Below are positions 1 through 10,045 of a stretch of 63,541 nt of DNA, one piece after another. The DNA comes from Oligoflexales bacterium. Its GTDB lineage: Bacteria > Bdellovibrionota_B > Oligoflexia > Oligoflexales > CAIYRB01. Position 1 is the stretch's first letter. The number at the start of each line of letters is the position of its first letter. A model generated the notes under the pieces. That model ran no database searches. It was given only the letters and a program-made list of their open reading frames with translations, and was not told the DNA's origin. The DNA lies in contig JBGSUI010000146.1 of assembly GCA_041736175.1 (NCBI GenBank), positions 1-63,541 of the forward strand, written 5' to 3'. A program made the translations under genes and the position numbers.

Positions 1-1781
1 CAGCGATTCAGCGAGGGCTATTAATTTTTAGATCATGTGTGTCTCTGGCTAAAACGCACAAAAGAGTGCATTCTTTGGCATAATTATTATTATGCCAGAT
101 TATTTCTATAATATCATTGTATTATAAATACCCCTGTCCAGTATCCATGTTTCCCTTAATTGTTCGGTAAGGGTAGACCCGATTAGTTTAGGAAAACGAA
201 TATCGGTGTTGAGTTTTGAGCTCACTAAGTTTTAACAGTGCCTCATCTACAACCATCATTAATGTGCAGCAAATTAGATCCCATATAAATGAAGTGGTTA
301 CTTTAGACGTGTTTTTTAGACGTTTGAAATGTTGGCAGTACTCCACAAGCTGACTTATCATGTGTCCGATCTGCATCAATATATAGTAGTTTTTTGTGCC
401 TTTAAAAGATTTCCTTGTAAATCTATGTGATAGGGCATAGCCCCTATTTTTTTGCGTGTTAAATGCATCCTCTATACCCCATCGACTTCTTCCCACTCTC
501 ACCAAAAATACTGCGATTCTATTGGATATTTTGATGTCAGTTATGTTTACAAACCTTCTCTTTCCTTTATCCGTCATAATGTCAAATTCGAGCCATGACA
601 GCTCATTTTTGCGGTATTTTATTCCATTAACCCATTCGACCACACCTCCGTCATCAGTCAATATCATGTTTTCTACCTGACCGGAATTTTCACTTTCGTT
701 TAAACTATTGTCAACTTGCTCCCAGATAGTGGCCAGCTTTTTATCCTTCAAAACAGCACAATATCTCCAGTTATTTTCCTGACAAATTTTAATAAATGGT
801 TCGCTAGGGTATAGGCCGTCTACCAAAATACAGATTGGAAGCTTTGGGAAATAATTATGTAGTTTCTCAGAAAGTCTCTTAAATGCGTTAATTTCACAGT
901 CTTCTTTTGTTCCGGTATCTTGTTGGTCGGTTGCTATCCACTCAGTTGCTATCGAAATCGCAAAGCCACCTGGCATAATAATTTTGGCTTCGAGCACCAT
1001 CCGGGAATATGAGACGACGCCATTTTTGGACTCCTTTTTCAAGGTTCCTTCATCGTCCGCGTTGGCAGACATTAATCCAGTTGCGTCAATCGCAACCGGG
1101 TAAAGTTTGCCATCCAAGTCGACTGGTTTTAAGACCTTCTTCTCTATTAGAGTGCGAACCATCGAAACCCGCAATTGATCCAGCTCTTCTGTATTCAAGG
1201 CGTTTAAGACTTCATCTACGCTATCCATATGCGGCAACCTAAAGCCAAATAGGTATTTGAAATTACGCCCGAGATTTTCGTCCATCAATTCATTCATTTG
1301 GTTCCGAGACCCTTGCTTCAAGATAAACATTGCAATAGCGGCGAAAATAATCTCATCTATCGAATATTTTTTAATATTTCTTGGGTCTGTTATTTGACTG
1401 AGGCGCGTAGCAAGATCTGGAAAAAATTTCTTAATCGTAGTTGCTAGTAATTTTGCGGCCTCTTGTCCCTTTTGAGCATTTGAACGATTTAGCCGCATCT
1501 TATTACGTTTTTTGATTGCTTTCAACCTTACTAACGTTTTTAAGCCCTTCTTTTTCGTTGACTTAAACGTAACTCTGCGGTTGAATCGCTTCATGTTTTT
1601 TTTCCTTTGTGTTGCTGTGTCCGTGTGAAGGCATCATCAACGCAAAGATTTTTTTGCTTGTAGACACACCCACAAACGAACCAGAAGAATGGACTCTTGG
1701 TACTTGTGGAAAACCGTGCCAAAATTAACCAATACTGTCAATTGGATATAGGATGCCTAATTTTTAGGCGCTGAATCGCTG
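1..1781 (-). mobile_element. Insertion sequence (DDE transposase, ISAs1/ISNCY-like) bounded by 13-bp terminal inverted repeats
   Basis: CAGCGATTCAGCG at 1-13 and its exact reverse complement at 1769-1781 enclose one AT-rich transposase ORF. The target duplication cannot be assessed because the window starts at the TIR. Confidence 0.85.
188..1594 (-). CDS. DDE transposase
   Basis: 468 aa with motifs AIDATG, LVDGLY, RSRWGIEDAFNTQKNRG and EDCEINAFKRL; lies inside the TIRs. Confidence 0.85.
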   Translation of the reverse strand: MKRFNRRVTFKSTKKKGLKTLVRLKAIKKRNKMRLNRSNAQKGQEAAKLLATTIKKFFPDLATRLSQITDPRNIKKYSIDEIIFAAIAMFILKQGSRNQMNELMDENLGRNFKYLFGFRLPHMDSVDEVLNALNTEELDQLRVSMVRTLIEKKVLKPVDLDGKLYPVAIDATGLMSANADDEGTLKKESKNGVVSYSRMVLEAKIIMPGGFAISIATEWIATDQQDTGTKEDCEINAFKRLSEKLHNYFPKLPICILVDGLYPSEPFIKICQENNWRYCAVLKDKKLATIWEQVDNSLNESENSGQVENMILTDDGGVVEWVNGIKYRKNELSWLEFDIMTDKGKRRFVNITDIKISNRIAVFLVRVGRSRWGIEDAFNTQKNRGYALSHRFTRKSFKGTKNYYILMQIGHMISQLVEYCQHFKRLKNTSKVTTSFIWDLICCTLMMVVDEALLKLSELKTQHRYSFS

Positions 1782-2029
1782 CTGTTCGACCTTGAGTTGT
1801 TAAAAATATTTAAATTTCTATAATAAAACAATTAATGGCCTGATAAAGCAAATAAATAAATAGATGGACCTAGCCGGCACCGGAAGAAATGCTACCCGAT
1901 GTTAAAAACTGCTTTCGCAATGAACCTACCTATAGATACCCCTTGTGGGGTGGATGAACTAAGATAGAATAGTGAGTTACAGGTTTAGATGACCTTTCGA
2001 AACCCAATCCATCACCTGGGGGCGTAGCC

Positions 2030-3649
2030 GTGCGACGACAGTTTTTTTACGGAGCGATTTTGCTCACGATTCTTGTTTTGGCAATAGGCTACTTCTTTCC
2101 TACAGCCTTGTGGATGCTCGCCTTTATCGCCCCCGTGATCGGCATTGGTGTCGTTGATGCGATGCAAACAAAGCAGGCTATCAGGCGTAATTTCCCGGTC
2201 ATCGGCCATTTTCGCTATTTGCTAGAGCAGATAAGGCCCGAGATCAATCAATATTTTATTGAGTCCGATACCGATGGAATGCCGTTTTCTCGGGTGATGC
2301 GTTCTGTTGTTTATCAAAGGGCCAAAGCTGTCAACGATACTGTGCCCTTTGGCACCAAATTGGATGTGTACGCACCGGGTTACAAATGGGTCAACCACTC
2401 CCTCGCCCCCCAACCTGTAAACCCTTCTGATCTCCGAGTGTCTATAGGTGGACCCCTTTGTAAAAAGCCTTATTCATCCAGCATTTTTAATGTATCTGCC
2501 ATGAGCTATGGAGCCCTGAGTAAAAACGCCATCCTAGCACTTAATCTCGGCGCCAAAAGAGGCGGCTTCGCCCAGGACACCGGCGAAGGAGGTTTGTCTC
2601 CCTATCATCTGGAGCATGGTGCCGATATTATTTGGGAGGTGGGAACCGGCTATTTTGGCTGTAGGCACAAGGACGGCACCTTTGATCCCCTAAAATTCCG
2701 CGACAAAGCTCAGTTGCCCCAAGTCAAAATGCTCGAAATCAAGCTGTCCCAGGGTGCCAAACCTGGCCATGGTGGGATCCTCCCCGCGGCCAAACTCACC
2801 CGAGAGATCGCTGAGATTCGCGGCGTCGACATGGGCCAAGATGTCCTTTCGCCCCCTGCCCACACAGCTTTCTCGACGCCCCAAGGCCTGGTTGAATTTG
2901 TCCAAAAACTGCGAGAGCTCGCCGATGGCAAACCGGTCGGTATAAAGTTTTGTTTAGGAAAGCGCCGTGAATTTATCGCAATCTGCAAAGCGATGGTGGC
3001 CACTAAAATAACACCTGACTTTATCGTTATCGATGGCGGCGAGGGCGGTACGGGGGCTGCACCCCTGGAGTTTTCGAACTATGTGGGCTCCCCCCTCCGT
3101 GATGCGCTGGTCTTTGTCCATAAGTGTTTAGTGGGGTTTGATCTGCGCAAAGATATCCGTCTGGTGGTCTCAGGCAAGATCGTCACGGGATTTGATATCG
3201 TCGATAAAATAGCCCTTGGCGCCGATATCTGCAATGCTGCACGGGCTATGATGATGGCCCTAGGCTGCATCCAGGCTTTGAGGTGCCAAACCAATCGCTG
3301 CCCCACAGGGGTCGCCACCCAAGATGCCGCACTGGTTAAGGGGCTCGTGGTCGACGACAAAGCCACCAGAGTCTTTAACTACCACCAACAAAACGTAAAA
3401 AATGTAGCGGAAATCATCGGAGCCATGGGGCTTAGCCACTCCCGAGACATCAGGCCGTGGCATGTTTTAACCCGTATCACCCAAACCAAGACACTCCACT
3501 ATGGCGAACTCTACCAATACCTCGAACCCGGTGCGCTGCTTGGCAAGGAGATCCCCCCCGACTACGCCCGGGCTTTTTATGCGGCTCGGCCAGACTCCTG
3601 GTATTCGCCCGCCGACAAAAAACTCGTGGTGGCCCGTCAGTACTCGTAG
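2030..3649 (+). CDS. FMN-binding glutamate synthase family protein (YerD-like, N-terminal membrane anchor)
   Basis: SAMSYGALS, TGEGG, EIKLSQGAKPGHGG, DGGEGGTGAAP, CIQALRCQTNRCPTGVATQD. Confidence 0.92.
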   Translation: MRRQFFYGAILLTILVLAIGYFFPTALWMLAFIAPVIGIGVVDAMQTKQAIRRNFPVIGHFRYLLEQIRPEINQYFIESDTDGMPFSRVMRSVVYQRAKAVNDTVPFGTKLDVYAPGYKWVNHSLAPQPVNPSDLRVSIGGPLCKKPYSSSIFNVSAMSYGALSKNAILALNLGAKRGGFAQDTGEGGLSPYHLEHGADIIWEVGTGYFGCRHKDGTFDPLKFRDKAQLPQVKMLEIKLSQGAKPGHGGILPAAKLTREIAEIRGVDMGQDVLSPPAHTAFSTPQGLVEFVQKLRELADGKPVGIKFCLGKRREFIAICKAMVATKITPDFIVIDGGEGGTGAAPLEFSNYVGSPLRDALVFVHKCLVGFDLRKDIRLVVSGKIVTGFDIVDKIALGADICNAARAMMMALGCIQALRCQTNRCPTGVATQDAALVKGLVVDDKATRVFNYHQQNVKNVAEIIGAMGLSHSRDIRPWHVLTRITQTKTLHYGELYQYLEPGALLGKEIPPDYARAFYAARPDSWYSPADKKLVVARQYS

Positions 3650-3662
3650 CCTATTACAGATC
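3599..3662 (+). repeat. 3' end of the glutamate synthase-family gene, first copy of a 64-bp imperfect direct repeat
   Basis: Matches 5516-5579 at 57 of 64 positions without gaps. Confidence 0.9.
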
Positions 3663-3818
3663 GGGGTGGACATGTCTCGCTTTGCAACAGCAGGGCATCT
3701 CCTATCATGGGCCGGCAGTATTAGTTATGTCTGTAGCGGATAAATTTTACGAAAAGTTAGGTCATGACTTCTTTGTAGCGGGGTTCCACCGCGATACCGT
3801 ACATGACGCGGGTACACT

Positions 3819-4235
3819 CTAGGCCCTCTTCTGGAGGCTTTCGAAAAGCCTTATTTCCTGCATCTTGAAATTGTCATGTAGCGCCGCTCTGATTTTTCGA
3901 ACCGGGCACTGCGTCACATCGAGAATTGTCTCAAGGTGCCTAAGAGTCGGAATACTGTCTCCATTCATCCACGAAAACAAGGTCTGCTTGCTCACGCCAA
4001 TGTCCGCTGCGAGCTGCACAATGCTTTTATCCTGGGCCTTGAGCACTTCCTCAATGAACTTGCCAAATGATAGATTGCGCGTACCATCATATAGCAATTC
4101 GGCGTCTTTCGATGTGGATTTCTTCTTGGCCGACTTGACGCCTTCGCTGGCCTTTTTGGTCAGCAGGGCCGAACGCTTGTCCTTGAACAGGATTCCGTCA
4201 TATTCCCAACCCTTGTTGGTCTTCTTAATTTCCAT
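3819..4235 (-). CDS. XRE-family HTH protein, putative antitoxin
   Basis: SIVQLAADIGVSKQTLFSWMNGDSIP is an HTH_3 pattern; overlaps the upstream DUF4160-like gene. Confidence 0.75.
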   Translation of the reverse strand: MEIKKTNKGWEYDGILFKDKRSALLTKKASEGVKSAKKKSTSKDAELLYDGTRNLSFGKFIEEVLKAQDKSIVQLAADIGVSKQTLFSWMNGDSIPTLRHLETILDVTQCPVRKIRAALHDNFKMQEIRLFESLQKRA

Positions 4236-4470
4236 GTAGACGCCTCAATTCTTTGCCGATCAGGTTCTTTTGATCTCGAACGAGACCTATGATCTCTTTG
4301 AGTTCAGCAGATCTCAAGGGTTTGCCGGATACATATTCGACTTCAAAGCTCGGCACAAAAACCCGGTATTCGCTTTCACCATCGCCTACAGTGACGCGGC
4401 AGTGAATCGGCCTATGATCGTTAGGCCATACGTGGATAACATATCTGCCAATGCCGAAAATCCTGCTCAA
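4225..4470 (-). CDS. DUF4160-like protein, putative toxin
   Basis: IHVWPNDHRPIHCRV motif; GGAGG precedes a TTG at 4470. Confidence 0.65.
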   Translation of the reverse strand: MSRIFGIGRYVIHVWPNDHRPIHCRVTVGDGESEYRVFVPSFEVEYVSGKPLRSAELKEIIGLVRDQKNLIGKELRRLHGN

Positions 4471-4708
4471 CGCCGCCTCCCCGCTCCACAGCAACAAGTA
4501 TATTTCTCTTATCGGCAAAGTCAATTTATAACTTGATAAATTTCTGTAATAATTTATATTTCCATTTAAAAGAAGATACCTGACCCATGTGGGCCTTGAT
4601 CCCTTGCCGCCAGCCAGGAGTCGCTGTTAGTTTTCGCGACTATTTGGCTTAACATCCAGTTTGTGGTACCTCTGCACCTCTAAGTCAAAGGGACGGAGGT
4701 ACCCCCCC

Positions 4709-5449
4709 ATGCAATCCAAGAGCGTTTCGATCGTAAACTTTTATAAATTTGTCGAACTCCCCCATCCGAGCCTCCTTCGTGACAACTGGAAACGGGAGGT
4801 GCTGCAGCTGGGGCTGCTCGGAACCATCCTCCTAGCCCCCGAGGGAGTCAACGGAGCTCTGGCCGGTCCCGCTGATGCTCTAGTCACCTTTCTAGAGTTT
4901 CTTAAATCTGATCCGCTGTTTACATCCCTTTCTCCAAAATGGAGTGAGGCCCCGTCACCACCTTTTAAGCGGCTCGAAGTCAAAGTTAAGCGCTGGATTA
5001 TACGGTTTGCAGAAGAGGGAGACCCCGAGGTTCAAAAAATAAACACGGCTCCCCGCATGAGCCCCGCTGAGGTGCTACGAAACCTCGAGGACCGGCCTGA
5101 CGACTTTATCGTGGTCGATACCCGCAACGACTACGAGACCGAATGCGGTATGTTTGCCGGGGCGGTCCGCCTGCCCATCAAAAATTTTACCGAATTTCCG
5201 GAGACCTTTCTCAAGACATTTGCTGATGCTAAGGACAAAACCTTCCTCTTTTACTGTACCGGTGGAGTCCGCTGCGAAAAGGTGGTGCCCTGGGCCGTGG
5301 ACCAGGGATTTACGGGAGCCACCCAACTGGATGGTGGGATTCTTAAGTATTTTGAGGAATTTGGCACCAAACAATACGATGGTCATTGCTTTGTCTTTGA
5401 CGACCGCGTCCAACTCGACGGCCAACGAAACATAGTAGCACCAACCTAA
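4709..5449 (+). CDS. trhO: Rhodanese-domain tRNA U34 hydroxylase (TrhO/YceA family, short form)
   Basis: FYKF, GTILLAPEGVNG, DTRNDYE, YCTGGVRCEK, QLDGGILKY, CFVFDDR; GGAGG before ATG 4709. Confidence 0.82.
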   Translation: MQSKSVSIVNFYKFVELPHPSLLRDNWKREVLQLGLLGTILLAPEGVNGALAGPADALVTFLEFLKSDPLFTSLSPKWSEAPSPPFKRLEVKVKRWIIRFAEEGDPEVQKINTAPRMSPAEVLRNLEDRPDDFIVVDTRNDYETECGMFAGAVRLPIKNFTEFPETFLKTFADAKDKTFLFYCTGGVRCEKVVPWAVDQGFTGATQLDGGILKYFEEFGTKQYDGHCFVFDDRVQLDGQRNIVAPT

Positions 5450-5478
5450 CAATCGTCTAAAAACCTAGAATTTTAGAA

Positions 5479-5515
5479 CTAGCGACTGGCCTCTTTTGTG
5501 GCCGCGCTCGCAAGG
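5479..5515 (-). pseudogene. Remnant of an mlaD 3' end (reads LASAATKEASR*)
   Basis: 5499-5515 matches the mlaD end at 8475-8491 at 15 of 17 positions. Both mismatches are synonymous and an in-frame TAG follows. Confidence 0.55.
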
Positions 5516-5579
5516 TGGTATTCACCTGCCGACAAAAAACTCCTGGTGGCCCGTCAGTACTTGTAGGCCATTACAAATC
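5516..5579 (+). repeat. Diverged second copy of the glutamate synthase-family gene 3' end (WYSPADKKLLVARQYL*)
   Basis: 57 of 64 identity to 3599-3662; reading frame and stop codon retained. Confidence 0.9.
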
Positions 5580-5757
5580 ATCATCCTTACGCACCATTTG
5601 TTATGCAGACACATACCTGTATGATTGGTCGTTAACACTATCGGGCAAGCATTCCATTGTTTTCGCAAAAATTGCTTCAAATCCCTCTTGCTTTGGGACA
5701 AATCCTTTCACTGTTGTCGGCCATGTTTTGGGCACCAATCGATCCCTTTGCTGGCTG

Positions 5758-6108
5758 CTAACAAGTACCAATGGAATGTGCTCCTTCTGCGTTCTTCAAG
5801 GCTGTGATGGAAGATATCTCGATTAAAAATCCTTTTACCTGTCCGTTTTTCTTAATCAGTTTGCATTGGAACTGCAAGACTTCTCTTTTGCCGTCCAAAT
5901 CTCTCTCGGTCTCGTAGATCGAATCTGGCTCAATTTTGTAGGGAAAATCCTTTCCAATGAGTTCCGATTTAGGTTGTTTCAACAACATTGCTGCCGCCAA
6001 GTTTACCGATACCACTTGACGATCGGGCGTCAACATAACGATTCCGTTGCTTACCAGGTCATTGTCCACGGCCCTATCTAAATGGTTTGATTGGCGTAGA
6101 ATTTGCAT
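5758..6108 (-). CDS. Stand-alone PAS-domain protein
   Basis: GIVMLTPDRQVVSVNLAAAMLLKQPKSELIGKDF is a PAS pattern; GAGG before the ATG. Confidence 0.65.
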   Translation of the reverse strand: MQILRQSNHLDRAVDNDLVSNGIVMLTPDRQVVSVNLAAAMLLKQPKSELIGKDFPYKIEPDSIYETERDLDGKREVLQFQCKLIKKNGQVKGFLIEISSITALKNAEGAHSIGTC

Positions 6109-6368
6109 GGATACACCTCACATCAAAGAATTTTAACTTAAACATTCCTCATACTTTGTGAAACTAATTAAAATTACATTAATCCCGTTAAACAGTTCTC
6201 ATTCACAAAAAATGGCTCAGTGATCGTAAAATTCCAGAAAGAAACATCGAGGTCGAGCTTTTGTCGCCTCGTTAATACCAAATCTAATACTACGTCATCA
6301 TCTGTCAAGACCTACGCATCCGAATTTTATGGTGCTTGCCAAAAATAATTTTTCATAAAGCCGATCAG

Positions 6369-7154
6369 TCACTTAGATGTCATGGCCTTGACTTTTCTTC
6401 CGCGAGATTCCCTCTGTTTCCCGAGCATTGCTCGATCTAATTTCGATACACACCCGCATTTACTGCATCGATAAAAAAATATTTTCGAAGATTTATTGAA
6501 TTTTTGACCATAGAAAGGCCGAATTTCCATTTTTACTAGGTTAGCTTCCGCTAAATCGACCATATTTACCGAGTCAATCCCGACCACATCATCTCGTATC
6601 ATGACTTTCTCAGTTGGAGCCGAACAAAATTCGCAGATTCTTCTTCTCATAATCACATTTTGATTTCTGAAGTTGGCTGGATTAAGTTTTATTTTTTTAT
6701 TGGGTGCTCGCTTGACGATTGGTAAACACAAACCTAACTCTTTGAGAACCGGATCGACCTCCCCTATGTTGAGTGCGTAAAAACTCAAGGTTTCATACGC
6801 GGGAAATACATCCTCAATTTTTTGTCTAGATAAATAGGCACCGATATTTCGTTTGGTATCAGCATCTAAAACCCCAACCTGCGAAAAAATGCTGTAGGCG
6901 AAAATCAATCCTTGAATGGCCAATTGATCTCCTCGTAACATAAGTCTTTTCAATTCATTATTGATAAGAACCGGATTGTAAAAGTCTTTATGTTGATCAA
7001 CGAGTGCAAGAACCATCTCGCCAATGAGTGTATCCTGATACGCGTACGTAAGTGCTTCGACAAGGATCTTCTCCGGAAGCCTCCTAGACATTTTCATGGG
7101 GACATCGAAACCGGCCCCTATAGAGTTTAGTTCACGCAATATAAGTTCGTTCAT
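6369..7154 (-). CDS. Hypothetical partner of the nucleotidyltransferase, with a C-terminal CxxC...CxxC zinc ribbon
   Basis: 261 aa, AT-rich; ATGA overlap with 7151-7693; CEFC and CSKC. Confidence 0.6.
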   Translation of the reverse strand: MNELILRELNSIGAGFDVPMKMSRRLPEKILVEALTYAYQDTLIGEMVLALVDQHKDFYNPVLINNELKRLMLRGDQLAIQGLIFAYSIFSQVGVLDADTKRNIGAYLSRQKIEDVFPAYETLSFYALNIGEVDPVLKELGLCLPIVKRAPNKKIKLNPANFRNQNVIMRRRICEFCSAPTEKVMIRDDVVGIDSVNMVDLAEANLVKMEIRPFYGQKFNKSSKIFFYRCSKCGCVSKLDRAMLGKQRESRGRKVKAMTSK

Positions 7155-7693
7155 ATATGATAACTTTTCTTTAGAAAATCGACTATTTTCTCCTTAGTCG
7201 CCTCCCACCTGGTTCCTTTAAGCATTCGATAAAGGTCGTCCACACATTTAATTATGTCATCCTCACTAGCTCCAATGTTCTTTTTAATTGCATGCAGATC
7301 CTTGAGAAAGAGCCACCCTCCCCGTGAAAAGACTCCAAAAAGTTTGGTTAAAATCAGGTCACGTTTGGCCAAGGGATAGAGTTTTAAAAATTTACCCGCG
7401 AAAATGGGCTCCTCTTGCCATGAACGATCTTCCCAACCTTCAGGAAGCGTTTGATCGAAGTTATAGAATTTCACAGCATCGTCGTTGAACCAATTTTCAT
7501 CTTCCCCGGTCTTCTCGGCGATGCTCCTTATGGCCACTCCGAGCCTTTGTTGCAAGTAGGTCATTGAATCGATATCTAGAGAACGCACCCCTCCGTAACG
7601 CAGGTGGATAACAAGGCCTCCACAGACTATCACCGAAGTCAGTTCATCGAGGGAGTCATCCAATTTTTTTAGCAGATCTATTGGTTCAAGCAT
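7151..7693 (-). CDS. DUF6036/AbiEii-like nucleotidyltransferase
   Basis: VIVCGG...RSLDID motif, WFND, LPEGWEDR, DLILTKL. Confidence 0.72.
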   Translation of the reverse strand: MLEPIDLLKKLDDSLDELTSVIVCGGLVIHLRYGGVRSLDIDSMTYLQQRLGVAIRSIAEKTGEDENWFNDDAVKFYNFDQTLPEGWEDRSWQEEPIFAGKFLKLYPLAKRDLILTKLFGVFSRGGWLFLKDLHAIKKNIGASEDDIIKCVDDLYRMLKGTRWEATKEKIVDFLKKSYHI

Positions 7694-7843
7694 AACTCGA
7701 CCTCCAATTAATCATAAATATATCGGATATTTAATAAAGAATATTAATAATTTATTAATAGCTATTTCAGTATATTGATATTATTGAAGAAAATTCAGAT
7801 ACTCGGACTTTTTCACCATCTTTTGGAAGTGTCAGAGAGACGT

Positions 7844-8415
7844 TCAGTCGGAGCTGTTCCAATACTCCAGGATGTCATTGGGAACCTGTTGGCTAAACTT
7901 CTTGAGCTTCTGGTGCCCCGGCTTGTGCCACGACTCGATCTCGTCGATCATCGGCAGCAAAATAGTCTTGTTTTTTTGAAGGTCTTCCTTAAAAAAATCA
8001 ACGAGTGCTTCAAATTGTTCCGGGACAAACCGGCAAAACCAAAGTTCTTCGATGCTCCGTTGAAACTGGCTAAATGCATTCTCCATCTCCATCAAACGCT
8101 TGTGCTCAAGGCTATCCTTCTTGATCAGCCCACGACCGCTCAATACTGCACCTAGACCTTTGGGACTCCAATCGAGAGTACGATTTAGGTTCTGAATTGT
8201 TCCAATGCCTGGGTCCAGGTGTATTTTTTCGCATCTAAAAAAGGTGCGATCGGAGCCATCTCTATAAATTTTTGGGGGTAGATCAGATCTTGGGCGACTA
8301 AGTTACAAAGCCGTTCATCATCCTCTGTTGGATCCACGTGATCCACAAGGATATGGGTTAACCCATGACAGATATCAAATACTGCCTGAGCTACCGTCCT
8401 ACGTTCCGGGACCAA
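7844..8415 (-). pseudogene. Hypothetical protein apparently split by a frameshift near 8195
   Basis: ORFs 8185-8415 and 7844-8143 join (…ALEQ/NLNRTLDWSPKGLGAVLSGRG…) if one base is added. Confidence 0.35.
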
Positions 8416-8469
8416 ACCTCGCGGCGCTCGGCCCTTGGTATGACATATGCAAAGATCATCGCAAGCGTG

Positions 8470-9969
8470 TTATTTGGCCGCACTGGCAAGGGCTGCCGCC
8501 CCAAACAAGGCTTTTAGGTCCTGGTCGTTAAAGGTCAAGCCACCGCCTACAAAGAAGTTGATATCTTTGTCAGCTTTGTTGGTTTTTGGATCCGTCCGGC
8601 TGGGGTCATCGATCCCAATCATCGCATAAACATGATTATAAAACAGAGCGCTCGCATAGGTCTTAACATGGGCCGTCCGCCGGATGGTTTTATCCTGGCT
8701 GTTAAAGTCGAAGGCTTCCAAAGTGAGCTTTAAACGGTCGTTAAAAAAGTGGAGATCTCCGGCGACGCCGCCCGTCGTCTCAAAGAGACCTGCTCTTAGG
8801 GTCGCATAATACCAGCGTTTACCCATTTGGAGGTTGATGCGGAGGGCCTGTTCGTCACGGATTTTTTCCTTAACGGTCACGTCGGGGAGACCGTCCTTGT
8901 CATTATCGGTTGCGGTCTGGGTTTCGGTGGTGGTCTCGCGGTTGCGGTAGTGGGTGTCGCTGATACCCACGAGATAAAACCGGTCAGGGCGGGTTCTAAA
9001 TAGCAAATTAAAGTATGTTTGTGAATTTTGGTCTTTACGAACCTCCACATGCCCATCAACTTCGATCTGCAGTTTGGTCGCTGGAGCGATCACCTTGCGG
9101 ATATCTCTGATCGCACCTTCGATTTCGGTGATCGTGGTATCGTCGTTGACTAACTTGCCAAGGGTGCCCTCGCCTTTTTCCACTTTTTGGGCGATGAGAT
9201 TGATATTTCGGGCAGACCCCTTAACATCCACCATGGTTTCATCAAAGGAGGCAAGAATTCGGTCGATTTTAGCTCTGTTTTCGTCATCTAGGACGTCTCT
9301 TAAATTTGCTGCAAAGGCCCGTACATCACGCACGCCGTCACGGACATTGGTGACGATATCTTGGAGATCCTCTTCCCGATCCCCAACAACTTTTTTAAGG
9401 GTTTCGGTGGTTTCTTTAAGATCCTTGGTGAATTTTTCGATATTGTCGACGATATTGGCCATGGACTGCTCGCCCTTTTTGGTGCCCAAGACATTGGCCA
9501 AACTGTTGGTGACTTTTTTGACATCCTTTGCGATATCACCCACCAAACCAATCAAAGCTTCCATATCGACCGAGTCGTCAGACTGGGGAATAAAGCCGTT
9601 TCCTTCGATGTATTGGCCCAAGTCCTCTGGGCGGACAACCTCTAGATGTTTATCACCTAAAAGTCCGACGCTGCGGATTTCGATCCGTGATCCCACGGGA
9701 ATTTTCACGGTTTTGTCGAGATCAATCAAAACCTTGGTGGTGGCCCCATCAAGGCTGACTTGTTTGACTTTGCCGATAGATACACCACTGGTCTTTACGT
9801 GGGTCTTGGTGACGATCCCCGCAGCATTTTTAAGGACGGTATAGTAGGTCACATAGTCTCGGGACTTAAATGATTCGGGGTTGAGTACAAAAAACATATA
9901 GACCAAGGTCGCAACCGCTACCACAGCGAATAGACCTACTTTAAATTCTGTACCTAGGGTCTTTAGCAT
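8470..9969 (-). CDS. mlaD: MlaD/MCE family protein with long helical region and C-terminal beta-rich domain
   Basis: EFKVGLF, an MCE domain with GLLGDKHLEV, KVEKGEGTLGKLVND; downstream of mlaE and mlaF. Confidence 0.88.
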   Translation of the reverse strand: MLKTLGTEFKVGLFAVVAVATLVYMFFVLNPESFKSRDYVTYYTVLKNAAGIVTKTHVKTSGVSIGKVKQVSLDGATTKVLIDLDKTVKIPVGSRIEIRSVGLLGDKHLEVVRPEDLGQYIEGNGFIPQSDDSVDMEALIGLVGDIAKDVKKVTNSLANVLGTKKGEQSMANIVDNIEKFTKDLKETTETLKKVVGDREEDLQDIVTNVRDGVRDVRAFAANLRDVLDDENRAKIDRILASFDETMVDVKGSARNINLIAQKVEKGEGTLGKLVNDDTTITEIEGAIRDIRKVIAPATKLQIEVDGHVEVRKDQNSQTYFNLLFRTRPDRFYLVGISDTHYRNRETTTETQTATDNDKDGLPDVTVKEKIRDEQALRINLQMGKRWYYATLRAGLFETTGGVAGDLHFFNDRLKLTLEAFDFNSQDKTIRRTAHVKTYASALFYNHVYAMIGIDDPSRTDPKTNKADKDINFFVGGGLTFNDQDLKALFGAAALASAAK

Positions 9970-10045
9970 TTGTGTCTCCTACTACCGCCTATCGGACCGA
10001 CTCCCGAGAGCTTGAGGGGATCTAGATTATGCTTTGGCAAAAGAT

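Noticed and set aside
3599..5579. Prophage or integrative element with attL/attR
   Set aside because: There is no integrase or phage gene, the cargo includes the housekeeping gene trhO, and the repeats are diverged alleles rather than identical att cores.
3650..8460. Integron cassette array
   Set aside because: I found no intI and no recurring attC-like palindromes, and gene orientations are mixed.
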